Positions 28,894 to 42,765 of a stretch of DNA of 64,000 bases are shown here, piece after piece. A model generated the notes under the pieces. It saw only the letters and a program-made list of their open reading frames with translations, did not search any database and had not been told where the DNA came from. This DNA comes from Spirochaetia bacterium (lineage in GTDB: Bacteria; Spirochaetota; Spirochaetia; SZUA-6; Bin103): NCBI GenBank assembly GCA_965198005.1, contig CBDAOI010000004.1, forward strand, positions 448,001 through 512,000, given 5' to 3'. The stretch's first letter is position 1; each line of letters opens with the position of its first letter. The translations under genes were made by a program, and so were the position numbers.

Positions 28894-29690
28894 GCCAGCA
28901 CCGCCCAGCGGCCCCCGGTCGCGGTATCGAACAGCGTCCACAGGACGGCGATCGTGGCGGTCAGGGCGAGCGCGCGCGGCGCCGGCAGCCGCAGCAGCGC
29001 CGCGCTGCCCGCGGCCAGCACCGCCAGTGCCCACAGCCCGAACGGGTCGGTGAGCAGGGCGGCGCCGCGTTCCAGGAAGGGAGGCGGGGTCCAGTCAGCC
29101 AGGGCCGCCAGGTCGAAGCGCACGATGGTGCGCGCGCGGTAGTCGGCGACGGTGGTGGCGTTGGCGGCGGCGGCGGGGTCGATCGCCAGGGTGGCGCCCG
29201 CGGCCAGCAGGCGGCGCAGTGCCAGCGGCACGAACGCGGCCGCGGCCAGCCGGATCGAGGCGCGCGGGCGGCCCGGCAGGCGCCGCTCTTCGCCGCCGAA
29301 GAACTGCGCCAGCACCAGCAGCGCCACCCAGGTCGACAGCGCGGCCGCCACCAGCGTCAGGCTGGAGAGCAGGACGTGCGCGCTCTTGGCCACGGGGCCG
29401 GACGGTGCGGTGAGCCGGCGATAGGCCGCGGTCTGGCGGCGTTCGACCGCCTCGGCGTCGTCGAAGGAGGAGGACCGTTGGAGCGCGACGTGGCGCGCCT
29501 CGACCAGGGCGATCTCGCGCATGGCGGGCGTTCCGAGGTGGCGGAGGATGAGCGTTTCGCCGGCCGCGGTGGCGGCGAACAGCAGCAGCAGCAGCCCGAA
29601 CAACGAGAACGAGGGCGTGGCTTCGGCAGCAAAGGCCCGCTCGGGGGTCACCGTGGCCCGCACTATGGCGCCGAAGAACCGCACGCTCAA
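28890..29690 (-). CDS. Yip1-like membrane protein
   Basis: Several TM segments, DPFGLW, position within the exporter operon. Confidence 0.6.
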   Translation of the reverse strand: MSVRFFGAIVRATVTPERAFAAEATPSFSLFGLLLLLFAATAAGETLILRHLGTPAMREIALVEARHVALQRSSSFDDAEAVERRQTAAYRRLTAPSGPVAKSAHVLLSSLTLVAAALSTWVALLVLAQFFGGEERRLPGRPRASIRLAAAAFVPLALRRLLAAGATLAIDPAAAANATTVADYRARTIVRFDLAALADWTPPPFLERGAALLTDPFGLWALAVLAAGSAALLRLPAPRALALTATIAVLWTLFDTATGGRWAVLA

Positions 29691-29696
29691 AGGTGC

Positions 29697-31097
29697 CTAC
29701 CGATCGCGCGTGCTCAAAACGCGTCCCGGCGAGCGCGGCGTTCGGCGCGGCGGCAACCGGACGCTGGCGAGCGGATCGACGTCGGTGAGCGCGTCGATCT
29801 CGAGCCTGAGCTGCCAGCGCTCGACCTGCAGGATGCGCGCGTCAAGCTGCAGCAGGATCAGGTCCAATACCGCCTGCTCCACGTCCGCCGGGGTGGCGGC
29901 GCCGGCGGCCAGCGTGGCGCGGGCCTCGGCCAGCTTGAGCGCGGCCAGCCGGATGCGCTGCCCGTTCTCCCACGTGCGGTGCTCCTGGTCGCGAATGTCC
30001 CGCTCCGCCTGCGCCAGGGCGTCCGCGAACGCCTGCCGCGCCGCAGCCAGCGCCAGCTCGGCGCCGGCACGGTCGTTGGCGAGCTGCTCCGCCGTCAGCG
30101 CATGCGCGCCGCTGTCGTAGAGGTTGACCGAAAAGTTCATGCCGGCGCTGAACGCCTCGTTCTCCCAGTCGTACTCCGCGCTCAGTCCGACGCCGGGCAG
30201 CCGCGTACGCCGGTGCTCGGCGATCCTCAGGCCGGCGACGCGCAGCTCGACGGCGGCGTCGACCACGTCCGGCGCCCGCCCATCGCGCTCGACTGCCCGG
30301 AGCCGGAGTCGGGCTCTACCGAGCTGGGCGAAGTCGCGGACACCGCTCTGTTCCTCCAGGTCGGCGCGTTCCTGCTCCAGGTTGGTCCTGGTCTCCGCAT
30401 GGGTGCGGCGCACCCGCTCGCGATCGAATTCGAGGGTTCGGAAGGCGTGGCTCCGCCGGTTTTCCTGCTCGATGCGCATGCGCGTGATCGAACGCCCGAG
30501 CGTCGTCTGTTCGTGCGCCTGCCGGGCCGCGCTCTTCCGCAGCTCCAGGATCGCCTGCATGGTGTCGAGCAGCCGGCGGGCGAGGGCGCGCGCCCGGGTG
30601 CGCATGGCGCGCTCCGCGCGCACCACGGCGTGCGTCGCCGTGAGGTCGGCCGACTCGGTGGCGTCGAGCCCGAGCAGCGGCCCGAGCGGTTGGGTGATGC
30701 CGGTGGTAGGAGCCTGCACCGCGGGTTCTTCGAGCAGGGTTACGGGCAGCGAAGCGGTGAACGTACCGAACGGATGGGGCAGGCCGGCCTCCAGGCCGAT
30801 CGTCGCGCCGAGGGTGCTGGCGTGAGTGCCTTGGTGGCCATTCTTGCTCGGCGGTCTCGCGTAGCCGTAGTCCAGCCGCGTGCGGAAGTCGATCGACAGC
30901 CCCTTGCCGGCCGCGTCCCGGGCGAGCGCGAGCTGGCGGGTGTGCCACGCCAGCTTCAGGCCGGCCAGTTCGGGATCCCGCGCCATCGCCGCCCGCAGCA
31001 GGCGCTCCAGGCTCGGCGCGTCGTTCGCCGTAGTCTGGGCCGCGGCGATCGCCGTCGCCACGAACAGGAGCACCGTTGCGCCGAGTCCGAGTCGCAC
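29697..31097 (-). CDS. TolC-like outer membrane protein
   Basis: Signal peptide, helical repeats, SVNLYDSG, LAAGAATPADV. Confidence 0.7.
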   Translation of the reverse strand: MRLGLGATVLLFVATAIAAAQTTANDAPSLERLLRAAMARDPELAGLKLAWHTRQLALARDAAGKGLSIDFRTRLDYGYARPPSKNGHQGTHASTLGATIGLEAGLPHPFGTFTASLPVTLLEEPAVQAPTTGITQPLGPLLGLDATESADLTATHAVVRAERAMRTRARALARRLLDTMQAILELRKSAARQAHEQTTLGRSITRMRIEQENRRSHAFRTLEFDRERVRRTHAETRTNLEQERADLEEQSGVRDFAQLGRARLRLRAVERDGRAPDVVDAAVELRVAGLRIAEHRRTRLPGVGLSAEYDWENEAFSAGMNFSVNLYDSGAHALTAEQLANDRAGAELALAAARQAFADALAQAERDIRDQEHRTWENGQRIRLAALKLAEARATLAAGAATPADVEQAVLDLILLQLDARILQVERWQLRLEIDALTDVDPLASVRLPPRRTPRSPGRVLSTRDR

Positions 31098-31176
31098 CCG
31101 CCCAATGTATGGCGGCGGCTCGGCCGTGGAAAGCTCCGTTTGCGGCACTGCGGCACTGCGGCACCGGCTTCCGGCG

Positions 31177-32664
31177 TCAGTCGGCGCGGCGCGCGCCCAT
31201 CACGCGCCGGAAGTAGCGCAACTTGTCGACCAGCGAGATGCCGATCAGCAGTGCCGCCGCCACCTCCGCGACCTGGAGCACGCGCGCGAGCGGCGGCGTC
31301 CCGTCGCCGGCCGCGCCCAGCAGGTGGGCCAGCAGTTCCAATCCGATCACCGCCATCGCCGCCGCCACCGAGACCTTGCCCCAGGTAGTCGGTCCGACCA
31401 CGCCGGCGCCGTGCCGCAGCACGACCAGCCCCATCGCCGCCGCGTGCAGCACCAGCCGCGCTACCAGCAGCCACGCCAGCCACGGCGGCATGATCCCCTT
31501 CACTCCCAGGAGCACGGCCAGTGACAGCAGCACGAGGTAGTCGCTGCCGGAATCGAGATAGCCGCCGATGCGGGTCACCTGGCCGCGGCTGCGGGCGAGG
31601 GCGCCATCCGCCAGATCGGTCAGGAACACCAGCGCGATCACCGCCACCAGCACCGGCGCGGTCCCGGTGCGCGGGCCGTGCGCCACCAGCAGCGTGAGGG
31701 TGGGAATCGAGCTGAGCCGGAACAGCGTCAGCAGGTTGGGCAGCTTCAGGCTGGCCGCGCTGCCGCCCGCGACGCCCCCGCCGCCGCCGGCCCCGAGCCG
31801 ATCCGCGGCGCCGGACGGATCCGCCGGCCGCAATGGCGCGAGCTCCGCGTGCCGCCAGAACAGAAACCCGCCGATCAGCACGTGAAACACGGCGGCAACG
31901 TTCAGGAACAGGTCCCAGCGCACGCCCGTTGCCGGTGCCAGAGCGCCGTAGAGGAGAACCTGCAGCAGCCCCAGGCCGACCACCGTCAGACAGATCTGCC
32001 GCGGCAGCGGGCGCTCGCCGGCCGGCCAGTGGGCGAAGATCGGACGCCAGTACCAGTACAGCGAGGCCACCGATACCGCCACCAGCACGCCCAGCGTAAC
32101 CGCGAACGTCCCCCGTAACGCGTCCCCCGGAAGGCCCAGGTACGGCGCCGCCGCGGCCAGCGCCAGCAGTACGCTCACCCCCGCGTACTGCAGTACGGTC
32201 TTGATCTTGCCGGCCAGGCGCGCGCCATGGTCGAGGGCCAGCCGCTGCGCCATGGGCCGCACGACCAAGTACATCGTCCCCTCGCGCGCCAGGAACAGGG
32301 CGTACAGCCAGACCGGCAGCGCGCCGATCCGCAGCAGCGCACTATATATGGAAAGAAAGAAGAAGAAGTCGGTGAACGCGTCGATCCAGCGGCCGAACCA
32401 GGCCGCGAAGCGGGTCGCCTCCGGGGGTGCATGGCGAGCCAGCACGCCGTCCAGGTAGTCGGTGAGCCCCGCCGCGAGGGTCAGCGCCAGTGCGACCGCG
32501 GCGCCCGTAGCGAGCAGGAGCGCACCGCCTGCGGCTCCGGCCCCGGCTCCGCCCGCGGCCGTCCCGCTGCCCGTGACGACCAGGTAGGCCGCCACCCCGA
32601 GGGCGATCCGCGACAGCGACAGCACGTTCGCCCACGGCCGCAGCGCGGCGCTACCGTGCCTCAC
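31177..32664 (-). CDS. Tandem two-domain CDP-alcohol phosphatidyltransferase (start uncertain)
   Basis: Two full motifs: TDYLDGVLAR...GRWIDAFTD and TDLADGALAR...GGYLDSGSD. Confidence 0.85.
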   Translation of the reverse strand: MRHGSAALRPWANVLSLSRIALGVAAYLVVTGSGTAAGGAGAGAAGGALLLATGAAVALALTLAAGLTDYLDGVLARHAPPEATRFAAWFGRWIDAFTDFFFFLSIYSALLRIGALPVWLYALFLAREGTMYLVVRPMAQRLALDHGARLAGKIKTVLQYAGVSVLLALAAAAPYLGLPGDALRGTFAVTLGVLVAVSVASLYWYWRPIFAHWPAGERPLPRQICLTVVGLGLLQVLLYGALAPATGVRWDLFLNVAAVFHVLIGGFLFWRHAELAPLRPADPSGAADRLGAGGGGGVAGGSAASLKLPNLLTLFRLSSIPTLTLLVAHGPRTGTAPVLVAVIALVFLTDLADGALARSRGQVTRIGGYLDSGSDYLVLLSLAVLLGVKGIMPPWLAWLLVARLVLHAAAMGLVVLRHGAGVVGPTTWGKVSVAAAMAVIGLELLAHLLGAAGDGTPPLARVLQVAEVAAALLIGISLVDKLRYFRRVMGARRAD

Positions 32665-32821
32665 CGTCCCCACCGTTCCCCATCCCGCCTCGCCATCGTA
32701 CCTCGCTCCGCGGGTCTGCCTCACCGTGCCTCGCCCGCACCTCACCGCGCCCCGGCGCGCCTGCATCAACCATACCCGGCAACGATACCAAAAGAAATCT
32801 CAGAAAACCGCCCGTATGCGG

Positions 32822-32850
32822 TTGACCGACCCCTCCAGGTAGCATATATT
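32822..32850 (+). promoter_or_regulatory. rrn operon sigma70 promoter
   Basis: TTGACC-17 bp-TATATT with a GC-rich discriminator; boxA-like GGTCTTTGGAAA near 32977. Confidence 0.7.
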
Positions 32851-33208
32851 TGCTGGCGCTGGTCAGGGTAATGGCCCTGTCCGGGTGGTAAGGCGGGCCC
32901 ACAGCGTGGCGCTTTCGCCTTACCCCAAGCGCACGAACGGCAGTGAGGCTCCCTCCGGGGGGCGCGCCCGTTCGTTGGTCTTTGGAAAAAGCGACCGCAG
33001 ACGTGTCCGCCGGACGTGGTGGGTACCATGCGCCGGGGGTGTCTGAGGTCGCGCTAGAGAAGGGGAGAGCCTAAAGTTGTGATCGGGTACCGGCGGCGCG
33101 GTACGACGGCGCAAGTCGTCGCCATCCGGGCGCGCCGGCCTTGTCAAAATTGTCAAGGATGAACTTCTGAAGAAGTGAGCGTTGCTCTTCGGAGTGACGC
33201 TTAACCAT

Positions 33209-34752
<1,544 letters not shown>

Positions 34753-34917
34753 TAACGAGACCCGCAGGTGCCCTTAGGGGAGCCTGCGAACCAAACCGGT
34801 CGTGCTTTGCGCGACCGTCGAGTGTTACTCGAAATGCTCGATCCCGGCTTGGACTCTCCCCCTCTCTTTTCGCGCTGTCCATGGCAGCGATGAGGGACCC
34901 CTTGCGAAACTCGCATG

Positions 34918-34991
34918 GGGGGTATAGCTCAGTTGGCTAGAGCGATGGCTTTGCAAGCCATAGGTCTGGGGTTCGAATCCCCATGCCTCCA
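34918..34991 (+). tRNA. tRNA-Ala(TGC), CCA not encoded
   Basis: GGGGGTA/TGCCTCC acceptor stem with G3:U70; ATGGC-TTTGCAA-GCCAT anticodon arm; GTTCGAATC. Confidence 0.97.
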
Positions 34992-35261
34992 CATTCGGAA
35001 CTAGATTCCGCGTGACCATCGTCATGGTGCGCGGATGGGTAGTCGCCGTGCGGGCTGGTCCCGTGTGGCGGCGTAATGGGTCTTTGACAGCCTCGGGCCA
35101 CGCAGCGGACGTGGCGCGACAGAGAAGGGAACACGAGAGAAGAGTAAGGTGGCCGGAGAGCGGTACGCCGAGCGGTAATCCTACGGCTCGGTGCTCACAA
35201 CTCGAAGGTCACGACCGAGGTTTGACCGAGCGCAAAGAGCAAAGAAGAAATGGAGTAATAT

Positions 35262-38294
<3,033 letters not shown>

Positions 38295-38455
38295 TATTAC
38301 TCCGCACTTTCGGCGAATGGCCGAGAGTGCAAACAACTCAATCAATTGTAGGTGCGCTCCGCGCGCAGCTTTTCTTGGCCGTCCCGGCGCATGCCGGAAC
38401 GGCGGCGGTCGGCCCCCCGGGCCGGCGCCTGTTCCCTTATCTCCGCAAGATTTAT

Positions 38456-38572
38456 GTCTGGTGACCACAGCGGAGGGGCCCCACCCGTTCCCATTCCGAA
38501 CACGGCAGTTAAGCCCTCCTGCGCCGATGGTACTGCCCCGTGGTGGGGTGGGAGAGTAGGTCGTTGCCAGGC
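38456..38572 (+). rRNA. rrf: 5S rRNA
   Basis: CCCATTCCGAACAC, GCCGATGGTACT, GGGAGAGTAGG. Confidence 0.97.
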
Positions 38573-38650
38573 ATTTTTTTGTCGATGGCGCCCAGCCCCC
38601 ATTCCCCGGTTGACGTTGGGTTCCGGGCGGTAGTACACATTCGCGCAATC

Positions 38651-39727
38651 GTGACCGAACAACAAGCGGACTTCTCGGGCCTCGGGCAGCCGGTGGTCGA
38701 CTGCGACCTGCACAACACGGTTCCCAGCCTGCGGGCGCTGTATCCCTATCTGGAGGAGCACTGGGTCGCGTACTGCTCCGAGTCCGGCTTTGACGGTCCC
38801 GGCTCCAATGACTATCCCGGCGGAGCGACCAGCTCGGCCATCCCCGGCTCGAAACCGGATTCCGGCCCGCCCGGTTCCAATCTGGAATTGCTGCAGGCGC
38901 AGGTGCTGGACCCGTGGCAAGTGGAGGTGGGCATCCTCACCTGCAGCTACCAGGTACAGAGCCTGCACAACGAGGACTTGGCCGCGGCGTTGGCGACCGC
39001 GATCAACCAGTGGCAGATCGACGAATGGCTGGAGCGGGATCCGCGGCTGCGGGCGTCGCTGGTCGTGCCGAGCCAGCATCCGGCCCGCGCCGCCGAGGAG
39101 ATCGAGCGGTTCGGCGATCATCCGGGGTTCGTGCAGGTGATCGTGCCGGTGCGCTCCTACCTCCTGTATGGACGCCAGATCAGTGACCCGTTGCTGCAGG
39201 CTGCCACGCGCCACGACCTGCCGCTGGCGATCCACGCCGGCGGCGCCCCGGGCATCCCCCCGTCGGGGGCCGGCTGGCCATCCACCCACGTCGAGCAGTA
39301 CTCGCTGATGGCGCAGGTATTCCAGTCGCAGCTCGCAAGCTTGGTGATGGACGGCGCCTTTGCCCGCTTCCCGGACCTGCGCGTGGTCCTGGTCGAGAGC
39401 GGGTTCAACTGGCTGCCGGCCTGGATGTGGCGGCTCGACAAGGAGTGGAAAGGACTGCGGCGCGAGACGCCGTGGGTGAAGCGCCGCCCGTCGGACTACA
39501 TGCGCGACCACGTCCGGCTTACTCTGCAACCGCTGGACGCGCCGGCGGATCCCCGCCAGCTACTTGACGTAATCGGTCAGTTGGAGTCGGATGAGATGCT
39601 GATGTTCTCGACCGACTACCCGCATCGCCATTTCGACCGGCCCGAGGACGCCGTGCCGCGCGGGCTGTCGAGCGGACAGGAGAGCAGGATACTGCGCGAC
39701 AACGCGCGCGCGTTCTACCATCTTTAG
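38651..39727 (+). CDS. Amidohydrolase_2-fold protein (AibH1-like subunit, inferred)
   Basis: VDCDLH, IHAGG, ESGFNW, STDYPHRH. Confidence 0.85.
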   Translation: MTEQQADFSGLGQPVVDCDLHNTVPSLRALYPYLEEHWVAYCSESGFDGPGSNDYPGGATSSAIPGSKPDSGPPGSNLELLQAQVLDPWQVEVGILTCSYQVQSLHNEDLAAALATAINQWQIDEWLERDPRLRASLVVPSQHPARAAEEIERFGDHPGFVQVIVPVRSYLLYGRQISDPLLQAATRHDLPLAIHAGGAPGIPPSGAGWPSTHVEQYSLMAQVFQSQLASLVMDGAFARFPDLRVVLVESGFNWLPAWMWRLDKEWKGLRRETPWVKRRPSDYMRDHVRLTLQPLDAPADPRQLLDVIGQLESDEMLMFSTDYPHRHFDRPEDAVPRGLSSGQESRILRDNARAFYHL

Positions 39728-39748
39728 AGTATTTGCAGGAGAATCAGG

Positions 39749-40852
39749 ATGACGACCGCTACCCTTACCCGACCCGATGCCGAGGTCCGGCAACGCCGGA
39801 AGCTGGCGCTAATCGACTGCGACGTGCACAACTCGTGGCGGACGCCCAAGGATATCCTCCCGTACCTGCCGCGCAAGTGGCACGCCATGTACCAGGAGTG
39901 CGGGATGTTTACCCGCGCGGGGCTGGCCACGCCCCGCGCGGTGCCGTACGCGGCGCGCAAGGACTCCTGGGTCGGGGGCGGACTCCCCGGCTCCGACCTG
40001 GACGTGATGCGACGGCAGCTCCTTGACGAGTACGAGATCGAATTCGCTGTTCTGAACTGTCTCAACGCCGCCTACGGTAACCAGAATCTGGAGTTGATCG
40101 ACGCCGTGGGCAGCGCGCTCAACGACTGGCAGATAGCCGAGTGGCTGGAACCGGAACCGCGGCTGCGCGCGTCGCTGCTGATTCCCTGGGAGGATGCGGA
40201 CCTGTCGGTGGCCGAGATCGAACGGCTCGGAGATCATCCCGGCTACGTGCAGGTGATGATGGTGCCGCGCACGCTCGAACCGCTCGGCCGCCGCCGCTAC
40301 TGGAAGATCTACGCCGCGGCGCAGGAGTACCAGCTCCCGATCGGGCTCCACTTCGGGGGCCTGGGAGTCGGCCCGCTCACCGGCGGCGGCCAACCCTCGC
40401 ACTACATCGAGGACCACGCCGGCATGGCGCAGGCGTTTCAGGCCGCGGTGACCAGTCTGGTGTACGAGGGGGTGTTCGAGCGGTTCCCGGACCTCAAGGT
40501 GGCGCTGGTCGAGGGCGGCTTTGCCTGGCTGCCGCCGCTCATGTGGCGCCTCGACGCCTGCTACCGCCGGATGAGGGTGGAGTTGCCCCATCTGCGGCGG
40601 CTGCCTTCCGAGCAGATCCGCGAGCACGTCTATCTCAGCACGCAACCGATGGAGGAGCCGCCCCGTCCGGAGTATCTGGAACAGCTCCTCGAGCATATGG
40701 ATATGGACGGCAACATCATGTTCGCCACCGACTACCCGCACTGGGACTTCGACTCCCCCCGGCGGGCGATTCCGACCTCGCTCGACCCGGTGCTGCGCCG
40801 CAAGATCCTGGCCGACAACGCCCGCGCCCTGTATCGGTTGGGCGACTCGTAG
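39749..40852 (+). CDS. Amidohydrolase_2-fold protein (AibH2-like catalytic subunit, inferred)
   Basis: IDCDVH, LHFGG, YIEDH, EGGFAW, ATDYPHWDFD. Confidence 0.85.
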   Translation: MTTATLTRPDAEVRQRRKLALIDCDVHNSWRTPKDILPYLPRKWHAMYQECGMFTRAGLATPRAVPYAARKDSWVGGGLPGSDLDVMRRQLLDEYEIEFAVLNCLNAAYGNQNLELIDAVGSALNDWQIAEWLEPEPRLRASLLIPWEDADLSVAEIERLGDHPGYVQVMMVPRTLEPLGRRRYWKIYAAAQEYQLPIGLHFGGLGVGPLTGGGQPSHYIEDHAGMAQAFQAAVTSLVYEGVFERFPDLKVALVEGGFAWLPPLMWRLDACYRRMRVELPHLRRLPSEQIREHVYLSTQPMEEPPRPEYLEQLLEHMDMDGNIMFATDYPHWDFDSPRRAIPTSLDPVLRRKILADNARALYRLGDS

Positions 40853-40859
40853 GCGGGCG

Positions 40860-41315
40860 GTGGCCAGGCACGTAGTCGCCGCGGTCACGGAGATTCCGCC
40901 CGGCGAGCGCAAGCTGGTCGAGCTGGAAGGGCGCTCGGTGGGCGTGTTCAACGTCGTCGGCCAATTCTTCGCCCTGCGCAACCGCTGCCCGCATCAGGGC
41001 GGACCGCTGTGCGCAGGCGAGTTGACCGGCTTCACCGCGGCCGCGGCGCCGCGCGCCTACCGCTACGAACGCAAGGGCGAGATCCTGCGCTGCCCGTGGC
41101 ACAACTGGGAGTTCGACGTGAAGACCGGGCAGTCGTGGGTGGATCCGGCCAGGCTCAGGGTGCGCGCATACCCCGCACAGGTGGCACGTGGCGCGGACCT
41201 GCCGGCTGCCGGAGCGGCGGCGGGCGCGGTGGGCGGCCGGGAACAAGGTCCGTACACGGCCGAGACCTACCCTGCAACCGTGGAACAGGACTACGTGGTC
41301 GTGGATCTGGGGTAG
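40860..41315 (+). CDS. Rieske [2Fe-2S] ferredoxin
   Basis: CPHQG...CPWH. Confidence 0.92.
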   Translation: MARHVVAAVTEIPPGERKLVELEGRSVGVFNVVGQFFALRNRCPHQGGPLCAGELTGFTAAAAPRAYRYERKGEILRCPWHNWEFDVKTGQSWVDPARLRVRAYPAQVARGADLPAAGAAAGAVGGREQGPYTAETYPATVEQDYVVVDLG

Positions 41316-41351
41316 GCTTGGTGTAGGTCGACGTTGAGGGAGGATAATGCG

Positions 41352-41867
41352 ATGACCATCGGTGAGAGTTTGCTGCCGGAGTTCGATCACGAAGCGGCCG
41401 GCGTGCGGAGGACGCTGGAACGGGTGCCGGGGGACCGGTTCGACTGGAAACCGCATCCCAGGTCGGGCTCGATGGTCTGGCTGGCGGCGCACCTCGCCAA
41501 CCTGCCCTCGTGGGCGGTGCTGACCATCAACCAGGATGCGCTCGACTTGGCGCCCGGCGGCAAGCCGCTCGATCCGGCGCCGCGGCCCGCCACCGTCGCC
41601 GAGCTGGTGGCGACGTTCGACCGCAACGCCGCCGCGGCGCGCGCGGCCATCGCCGGCGCCGGCGACGCCGACCTGCTGGCACTCTGGTCGTTGCTGCAGA
41701 CCGGGGTGACCGTGATGACCATGCCGAGGGTGGCGGTGCTGCGCAGCTTCGTCTTCAATCATCTCATTCATCACCGCGCCCAGCTCGGCGTCTATCTGCG
41801 GCTCAACGACATCCCCGTGCCGTCCCTCTACGGACCGTCGGCCGACGAGAGCCCGAGCCTGCCGTAG
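41352..41867 (+). CDS. DinB-family protein
   Basis: WKPHPRS, LAAHL, NHLIHHRAQLGVYLR. Confidence 0.9.
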   Translation: MTIGESLLPEFDHEAAGVRRTLERVPGDRFDWKPHPRSGSMVWLAAHLANLPSWAVLTINQDALDLAPGGKPLDPAPRPATVAELVATFDRNAAAARAAIAGAGDADLLALWSLLQTGVTVMTMPRVAVLRSFVFNHLIHHRAQLGVYLRLNDIPVPSLYGPSADESPSLP

Positions 41868-41882
41868 CCGAGCCGCCGCCCG

Positions 41883-42746
41883 ATGGAGGTCTCGGTCACC
41901 GAGGTGCGCAACATTCTCACGCGCACCGGCGGCTTTCTGCGGCGGGTAACCTCCCACTCGGTGCAGCCGTATCGCGGCTGCGCGTTCGGCAACGCGCTGT
42001 GTGGGGTGGGATGCTACGTCCGGCACCACGGGTTGGTGACGCGGCAGCGCCCGTGGGGGACGTTCCTTGAGGTGCGGCGGAACGCGGCGGCCTCCTACCT
42101 CGCGCAGGTGGAGCGGGAGCGGCGCTGGGCGCGCGGCGCGCGCGGCTGCTTCGGGATCTTCATGTCCAGCGTCACCGAGCCGTTTCTGCCCCAGGAGGCG
42201 CGGTACCGCGTCAGCCGCGAGCTGCTCGGCGCCATGCTCGAGGCCCCGCCGGACCTGCTGATTCTGCAGACCCACTCGCACCGGGTGACCGAATACCTCG
42301 ATCTTTACCGTGAGCTGCGGCGGCGCTGCCGGCTGCGGGTGCACGTCTCGATCGAGACCGACCTCGAGGACTTCCCGGGCCTGCCGCCCCACGCCTGCTC
42401 GGTCGAGCGCCGCTTTCAGGCCGCAGCGGCGCTCAAGCACGCCGGCATCCACACCGTGATCACGGTGGCGCCACTGCTGCCGATCGGCGCGCCGGAGGAG
42501 TTCTTCGCCCGCGTCGCCGCCTGCGCCGACGCCGTGGTGATCGACCATTTCATCCAGGGCGACGGCAGCGCCGACGGCAGCCGCACGCGCCGCACGGCGC
42601 TACCGCGCGCGATGGCGGCCGTGAATCCCGAGTCGGTGCGCCTCGCCTACCGCGAGCGCATGCTGGAGATCGCCGGCCGGCACCTGCCGGGCCGGGTCGG
42701 GCTCAACGTCGACGGCTTCGCCGGCCGCTACGCGGCCCTGCGGTAG
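41883..42746 (+). CDS. Radical SAM protein, SPL/Rv2578c-like
   Basis: PYRGCAFGNALCGVGCY, IFMSSVTEPF, VSIET. Confidence 0.8.
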   Translation: MEVSVTEVRNILTRTGGFLRRVTSHSVQPYRGCAFGNALCGVGCYVRHHGLVTRQRPWGTFLEVRRNAAASYLAQVERERRWARGARGCFGIFMSSVTEPFLPQEARYRVSRELLGAMLEAPPDLLILQTHSHRVTEYLDLYRELRRRCRLRVHVSIETDLEDFPGLPPHACSVERRFQAAAALKHAGIHTVITVAPLLPIGAPEEFFARVAACADAVVIDHFIQGDGSADGSRTRRTALPRAMAAVNPESVRLAYRERMLEIAGRHLPGRVGLNVDGFAGRYAALR

Positions 42747-42765
42747 GCTGGCGTCGAAACGGGCC

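Noticed and set aside
24362-31388. Very long + strand ORFs (715, 824, 670 aa) and similar antisense ORFs elsewhere (3788-5263, 7005-8633, 50673-53078)
   Set aside because: Shadow frames of real high-GC genes on the opposite strand, with no motifs of their own.
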